A stretch of 64,000 nucleotides of DNA from Eledone cirrhosa (Eukaryota): the NCBI GenBank assembly GCA_964016885.1, contig OZ024742.1:201314001-201378000 (forward strand), given 5' to 3'. This document shows positions 56,505-64,000 of this stretch, piece by piece. Positions within the stretch are counted from its first letter, which is position 1; each line of letters opens with the position of its first letter. A program made the translations under genes and the position numbers. Under the pieces are notes generated by a model that was not told the DNA's origin, ran no database searches, and saw nothing but the letters and a program-made list of their open reading frames with translations.

Positions 56505-59500
56505 TCACACTGTTTTTATTGTGTTGTATCCAATGAAAGAATGGTATTTAACTAATGTACTGGTACGCGATGGGGCCCACCCACTACCCCGGGGGACAGA
56601 ATTGAGAAGGCGTTTCCCCGGAGGACGGCATGGGAGAGGCGCTGGAAAGGCCACTCAAACTAGCGGGGCTCACACCTGCGGCTGGCCAGCTCAGCGCCTA
56701 TGGTGGTGAGTAAGGAGGTAGCCCTGGCGCCGAGGACACCAGAAGTCTCCACTGCCAGGGGAACGACTGCAAACCTGTCGGAGAGCGACCACTATTTGAG
56801 GAATTTTGCCCCCTCAGCTCGACGTGCAGCAGAACCTGGGTCAGTCGCAGACTGCACCAGGTTGCGCTGCAGAAAGTGTCGGTGCAAGTGGCTTCCCAGA
56901 CGAGGGGTTTGCCACCGCGGAACGGGAAGATGGTCATGCCATCTGGCCTTTTGCCGTCTCCTCGATCCAGCCCCACCGGCTCGAGCTGAGAAGGGAAGCC
57001 TGCAGCGTCCAAGCCATGCTTAATGACCTCGTTGAGGGCAGTATGGCGTGGAATGCGGCCGGCACTGTGGGGACAGGAAAGCGGGTGAAGACCGAAAGAG
57101 TCCACAGTGGAACCGCAGCGACATTGGTGTGGCAGGCAGATCCGGAGGCCGAGCCTCAGGAAAACGCCGATTCGCAGACTATGGTTGTCTAGCTGCGTGC
57201 CAGTGGGGAAGGAGGGCAGAGCATGGAGCCAGGCACCACTGTGGGGTTTGGAGGCCGCACGAAAACAAGCAAGGCGGTGCTGGTCGAGCTGGCGCTTGAG
57301 GTTGTCTGAGGCCAGGCTGCACTGGATGGCATCCCAAGTGCGTTGGGGGGACTTGACGTCAACAGCCGGTCCCACGTCTCACAGGCGGCCTCACGTTCTC
57401 TGAACACAGAAGGTTCTGTTGTGTTTTGAAGAACCCTGCTGACGAGGACGCGGCACGTGGTTACCGACGAAAGATACGCCTGCAAAGCTAGTGAGATCGA
57501 GGACCGGAGGCCTAGGCCGCCATACCTGACCGGTAAAGTGGCCTGTTGCCACCATATGTCATCAAACTTGACGTTGCATATCCCCCCGGCTGCTGCTCGG
57601 ATACAAGTATCGAGGTCAGCAAGGAGAGATGTCTGGGTGTAGCATGGAACGCTGCGGAGTGTATAGAGGAGCTTCGGCATGGCGAAGCAGTTCCTTAGCA
57701 GAAAGAGAGCTGGGTGGCTGTCAATCAAGCCCAGTCGGCTTGTGAGAGTCTGGAGCTGTTGAAGCCTGGACCTGATGGTGGAGCGGATGGCCGGTGGGTG
57801 GGTCGGTGGCCCGAGGATGAGGACATCCTCTTTGGGGGTCACCTGAACCTGGTGGAGAATGGCCCGCACGTCCAAGACGGAGGCAGCAAAGCTCGCAGCA
57901 TCGAGACTGACGTTCACCACCTCCGACTTGGCCGAGTTCACCTGGAGGCCGATTCCCGCCAGGGCAGGAATCACCGATTGAAGGTCTTGGCAGACTGTTC
58001 GTACAGGCCCGCCCAACGTAGCATCATCCAGATACCAAACGTTGAGAGAGGCCGTGATACTCCGGGCGATGTGGTCAATACCAAGGGCGAACAGGAAGAG
58101 TCCCAAAGGGTTGCCCTGATGGATCCCAGTAGCCGAGGGTATGACTGTATCAGCAGCTAGGAGCATGCTCGGGGCTCCATATGACAGGTAGGCCAGCGGG
58201 TAGGCAGAGGAGCCTCGGCTGAGCAGGCCCCGAGCAGATGATCCCGGCGTAAAGAGTTAAAGGCATTCCTCATGTCAAGCTTGACAATGAGGTGCCTGGA
58301 GTCCCTGGATGCCGGTACCGATGGGCAGCTGCTGAAAAACTGCCTGATTGCATGAGAGGCTCCCTCACAGCCACCGGACACGCCAACACCCAGTTGCACC
58401 GGACTAAACTCCTCACCCAGTTCATGTGTGACGGATTTGGAGATCACCTTGGCAGCCCACCTCCGGAAAACATTGCCCATAGCAATGGGGTGTGTGCCAC
58501 CCTCTTTCTTCCTGAGAGCAGTGAGGCTGGCCGAAAGAAAGAGGCCTCGGTCGTAAGGGTCGAGGGCCCATGAATGAGCCTATTGGTGAGCGCCACAATT
58601 GCACTCAGAAGGCGGCGCCCTGCCTCAACGGAGAAGGGGGGATGTCAACTCCTGGAGGTGGCCTGGTCGGAGACTATCAACACCTCCGCAGCTGCTAGCT
58701 GGGACGGACCTGATGGCGGATATGATATCTGCATCAGTAGCCACAAGGAGCAGGTGGGGGTCGGGTGGGGGTATGGGTCTGAGATCAGTGGGTAGATCAG
58801 GGTGTTTGAGCCGCAGAGCAGCCAGGACCTCCTCGGTGGGTTGGAGGACAGTGTCCTCTGAGGCAACAACTCTGACTGCGGCCGAGACATCACCCATGAT
58901 AAGCTTTGCGTTTACTTGGTCACGCAAACGCTTGGCGCTGGCCTCGGGGGTGGAGGATAGGGGGTACCTGAGGGTGGGGTGTGTGGCGTTCCTGGGCACG
59001 CTTGGAATGGGCGCTCGCCCAAATGACGAGACATTGGCCTTGACAAAGGCTGCTGTTGACCGCCGCCCCGGTCAGCGCCAGAGCTGGGGAAGCCGAGGGC
59101 GAGTGGGGCGAAATAGAACAGCCACTCCCAGTCACTGGCTCGATTGGAGTCCAGGGTGCTCTCAATCGAGGAAGCGAGAGCATCGGCTACGGGCACCCGT
59201 GCTGCTCTCGGGATCCTGAGTGGGATCTTCCGGAGCCGCCTGAGCCGTGCGATGTTGACCAGCGAGGCTCGGGCGTTAGGCAAGCTCACTGTCCCATCTG
59301 GTGGTGTGCCAGGCGGCAGTGGATGGGATGACGTGTGGAAGAGGCAGATCCTGCACCTCCACGCTGCGAGGGCATTGGAAGCTCGATGAGTCAAACCAAC
59401 GCAGGTGAGGTGGTGAAAGCAGCCGCACCCCAAACAGTTCCGGCCCCTCTTCCGTTTGTTAGTGGTGCCGCAAGTGCTGCAGGTGTCGATTTGGAGGGGT

Positions 59501-59800
59501 GGGGGATGGGGCGTGGGCCCGGGACTGGGGCACCGAGCGGCATCATAGGTGGGTGGCTGGATGTGGGTGGAAGGGAAAGTGCTGATAAGAGGGCAGCATA
59601 GCTCACCTATATATATGGAGGTGCCAGAAAACGAGAGCGAAAAGGGGCTGCATGGAGGGGGAGACACAGGAAGGTAGAATGGCAGTAAATGAATGAGTGA
59701 ATGGATGTACACAAACAAAGGGGGAAGGGGGGGGGACAAGGGGTTGTTCCCAGCGGTAAGACCCAGAGTTCAGCACGCACACATGCGAGCAACTAACCAG
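56503..59800 (-). mobile_element. CRE-clade non-LTR retrotransposon (PHD finger + RT + CCHC + restriction-like endonuclease), frameshifted
   Basis: CSTC..CLGC..FHHLTCV..WRCRIC; LRPGHL; GNVFRRWAAK; QLGVGVSGGCE; KLDMRNAFNSL; GIHQGNPLG; WYLDD; GGLGLR; CRCG..HPLSC; RH..LN; KRPDG; AVLRGNA; AATAAA then (TA)n at the 3' end; 5' end approximate. Confidence 0.92.
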
Positions 59801-61142
59801 TTTGTCATAGATGATATTCTCAATGGCCGCGCTTACAATATTTGAATATAACTGAACTGTCGTGTCATTTAATTTGAAAAGTGGAGCAAAGTAAAAGGAA
59901 AATAATCCCTTGTGACTTTTTTTTTCAATACCGGACTTACAGTTTTCCAGGATTTATACTCAATTTTTTTTTTTTTTTTTTCCTTCGGAGGCGTTTTATC
60001 TCCACATGAAACTGACATTACTTAATGATGTTCGTCATCTATGGCTTATTCATATGTATTATTTCATAAAAATCCCGCCGAGGTTAACTTTGCCTTTCAT
60101 CCTTCCGGGGTGGATAGAATAAAGTACCAGTAATGCATTGGGTAATTGCTAGCCTTGTGCCAAAATTAGAAACAATTATTTCATAACTCTATAGAACTTT
60201 TAGAATGTTTGTGCAGTGTTCTGTGTCCAGCCAGGTTTGTACAACAGGTAAGAAAAATGATGATTCGGTGGCGGTTTCTTCTGATAGGAGCCTCTTCCAC
60301 CGCGGAAGATCGAAGTGTGTTTCTTGTCTTCTTCAATACTTTCATAAACGGCTTCGGAGATTTAAAACTTATGTTTCAATTGGTGCTTCCATTTCCACAC
60401 GGTTCTATTGTCTTATTTACAAAAATATATATTTCTATATATTTCTTTATTTATTTCTCTTTTTTTAGTATAATATAACGAGTTGTCACCAGTGATGTTT
60501 GAAGTTCCTTTTATAGCATCGTTTTCAAAATAATTAAAAGTCATATATGATTTCAATTTTTGTGAGACCTTCTAGTGTAATTTTTTTTTGCAAGGGGCTT
60601 CCAAAATAGTGTTTTTAATAGATAATGTTCGTAATAAATAATGTTCTTCGTGACATGAGCACATAGTCACGAAAAATTGCAATTGTTCAAGCAGAAAGTT
60701 CATTGTATTTGAAACTGAAAATAGTAAACACAAGGGAAATAGGAATGTTTTGCAATTCTATTAGGTGGTTCATAGAGACGTTCTTCATATTGTGTCGTCT
60801 GGTTATATTCCATTTATTTGGAGCGGTGAAAAACAATTACACGCAAAGACAAAACCACGTTTATGGTATAAAAGAAGTTGTTTCTACTTTTGGCACAAGG
60901 CCATCAATTACTGGTACTTTATTTTATCGACCCCAAAAGGATGAAAGGCAAAGTAAACCTCAAAGGGATTTTAGCTCAAAATAATTGTTTCTACTTTAGG
61001 CACAAGGCCAGCAAATACCCAGTGCATTACTGGTACTTTATTTTATCGACCCCGAACAGATAAGCATGAAATTTGAAAACTAATGCGAATGCTAAAGTGT
61101 TCAAGCAGAACATCTTTTTAACTCCCGAGTAATAGATGTACA

Positions 61143-61370
61143 GGCAATCTTTGGTTTTAGGTACGTAAAATAAAACTTTGCGAATATGTTTAAATTTCAC
61201 TAAGTTTCGGTTTCCGTCAGTTTAAATATCATGGGTTAGGGTTAGGGTTATTATCATGGGTTAGGGTTATTATCCTTTGTGAAATATTCCTGTGAGATTT
61301 CGCTTCTTTTGAAATAATTTTTTTGTTTTTCTGGAGTTTTTTATTTACGTACCTAAAACGAAAGATTACC
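61143..61370. mobile_element. MITE with ~37-bp TIRs and 9-bp TSD (Mutator-like) containing TTAGGG repeats
   Basis: TSD agatgtaca at 61134-61142 and 61371-61379; TIR ggcaatctttggttttaggtacgtaaa / tttacgtacctaaaacgaaagattacc. Confidence 0.85.
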
Positions 61371-62572
61371 AGATGTACATGCACTGCTGGCACTCCAATG
61401 AAGGAAGTGGAAATAAAACGGGTCCGCAATATCTGCTATCTCTCACAGTCTTCACGTTCGGTTACACGTCCGAAAGTTTTGATCCTCAACGTTATCATTT
61501 TCATTTTCAGATCTTAATACTTAATTGTTAAAAAGGAAGATGAAAAAATACTTTCTTTGTTGTAATTCATCTTGTGTCCTCGTTAGCAAGTGATACGAAT
61601 ATTTATTGTTTCGGGTATCCAGTAAATGGTTCCGCAATGTGTTAGAAATAACCATCAAATCTCCCTTGTATCACACTCTACCAAATTAAAACAAAACATG
61701 AACCTGAATATAGTCACAGAGACAGCGTATCTCCGAATAAAAGGAAACACGTGATAGACACCTGGAATGCCTTTGATCATAGGCCTGCCAAATATGAGCT
61801 GAACTGAGATTAAACAAAAATCATATATATATACAGCTTATATTGTTTTGTGATGAATAACAAGATAGAGTAAAGAAGAATCGAACACCAGTATTTGACT
61901 TGTAATTTCTTTATCGACCCTGAGTTGATGAAGGTAAAAGTTGATAATTAATCTCGGTCGGATTTGAAATCAAGGTGCAGATATCCGGAATGAATACTGC
62001 AACGCATTTATCTGATGCTCTAACAGCTCTGCCAATATATCAATTTATTTTTGCAGTAGTGGAAAGAAAATTAGAAATACGCAGAAGAAATCTATAAATC
62101 CTTTTAACGACATTGAAGAAATAGTTTTCCTGGTAAGCCTTTTGATTAGACCCTTTCCAAAGAATGAAATCTCCAACATTCTGGTCCCCCCAACCCAAAT
62201 GCCAAACTCAACGAAGCTTTGAAAGTAATAAATGAGCGATGCATTTCTGTGAAAATGTTTCATTAGGCGTTTGGGTTTTATCGGATAACTAGGCCTTTAT
62301 ATGGTTGACCTAGCACGTCCCAATAGGAATCAAGTATACAATGTATCTATAGAGTCAAGACAAGAGTGTTTGGATTCCACTATCGGAGATGATTCAAACT
62401 GTAGCTTATATAAAGTTGTTGCTATTTGTTGTTCATTATGTTGCAGCATTTGTTTAACCCTAGGTCAACCAGGCAAACATGATCGCACAAAAACATTTCA
62501 GCATTTATGGGTAACTTTGACTGCATTACTTTATGACATGTTCATTTATTTGACCCATTGATAAAAAAGGAT

Positions 62573-62864
62573 AAAGACCCCTTCGGTCACGAATGAACAT
62601 GGGATTTGCACCTAGGAAGTGTCCCATTGAGACACAAGTCCGGGCAAGTTACTTTGTGGAAAACCAGCTTTCACCCCATAGTTACCATTCTCCTCTCTCC
62701 GTTCTCCGTGGCACTGATGTTGTCCAAGGGAAAAGTAATTACCAATGCAACTTAGCACCAACTGAGTAAACTGGAGCAACATGAAATAAAGAGACCCGAA
62801 GCGGGAATCCAACTCACAACCTCACGATTTATAGACCAATGCTCTCACCACTAAGCCATACGCA
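62573..62864 (-). mobile_element. Diverged tRNA-derived SINE
   Basis: gcgtaTGGCTTAGTGGtgagagc...gaGTTGGATTCCc, then atgttgctccagtttactcag. Confidence 0.7.
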
Positions 62865-64000
62865 TTGTTAACTATATATTTAATACTACACCCAGCCTTT
62901 AGTTTTCAAATCACTTTCTAGAAATTGGAGTGATTAAGTAATATAACATAACATAATATCATCAGTTTTTATACAAAATAATGATGGATGCTTTTCAGAT
63001 AAATATAAACAATTAAAAATGACCAGCGTCGTATCGTAGCCCTAGGAGGACTTTCATGCAATTTAGTATCAAAAGAATCAAAATAATATAATCCGATTTA
63101 AAAGTGACTAGACTGCTGTTTTCAGCAGAACTAGCAACTGCGTAGGGGGTGATGCCGCTATAGCTCCTATTCAACGTATAACATAATTGTTTGTTTGCTG
63201 AATGAGAGAGAATTCATTTTTTCACAGTAAGCCCTACTGTTAATGGACATAATGATTATGGCCTCTGAATAAAATACGAGATAAGGCACAACATCGAGGT
63301 TTAGTATTTCGTTGGAATCAGATCACTGAAAAACATGAATAATGACGTTCTATGGTTCGACGATTGAATGTAATTTATGGAAGTGGTTGATCTTGTGATG
63401 TAAATCGTTGGTGTGTTGTGTCTGTGTGTGCTATACGGTTTAATCTTCATCTTCATCAACTTAATTAATCCTGAGAGCTTTTCGTTCGAATGTAATCAAG
63501 TTTCCTAAAGATACCAACATACGATGCATTCATCCAGAACAGGTGTATTTCATACTACAGAGCATTTGTGTATTGGAGATGCAACAACTCTCTTTTTATC
63601 AAGTCGTCCTAAAAATATCCACCGTGTTTTGTGTGCGATAATGTTGCAGATAATGCAATGTTATAATATTATTTGAATTCACATTTTATTACTGTATTGT
63701 TTATCATTGCTATGTTCTGTTATTTTCTTACGGCTGGGTTTACTTTCAGTAGATAAATAATAATCGATTTACCACCAGAATCTCGGATTATTCAAGAAAT
63801 GAACAAACCCAAACAATGGACTAGGCGTCATGCCACATGAATTTTACTATTTCAAAATAAGCACCGAGTTCTCCTTCATCACTTCTCTTTTAACTATCAT
63901 CACATGCAATGACGAAGGTGTCGATCACGACAGAATAAACTGGAAGTTACATTTACTCTAGTTTCGGAGGAAATCGGGACCACAAGAGCACAGATATATA

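Noticed and set aside
62900-64000. Possible decayed coding or transposon sequence
   Set aside because: No recognisable motif or open frame by eye

Overview
Eukaryotic, AT-rich, extremely microsatellite-dense genomic DNA, most likely an octopus/cephalopod intergenic or intronic region. The organism is inferred from the tRNA-derived SINE families and the (TA)n/(CA)n density. I found no host protein-coding exon; nearly all ORF-track entries are translations of simple repeats. The window is a mosaic of mobile elements. It holds five Penelope-like element (PLE) copies or fragments of about three types, a full-length R4/Dong-like non-LTR element inserted in (TATG)n, a near-complete CRE-clade element with an N-terminal PHD finger, and three Tx1-like 3' ends, each bounded by GATA repeats. 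It also holds RTE fragments, two bipartite non-autonomous RTE elements, Helitrons, more than 12 tRNA-SINE copies and a 9-bp-TSD MITE carrying TTAGGG repeats. The most striking unexplained layer is about 25 type-I hammerhead ribozyme motifs, intact or decayed. Most sit in short, non-coding, (TA)n-flanked elements with fold-back (inverted) architecture, several have very long stem-II insertions, and two belong to a 3.2-kb ORF-less PLE-like element carrying a duplicated GC-rich structured RNA domain. All calls were made by eye and coordinates are approximate (about +/-10-30 bp at element ends).
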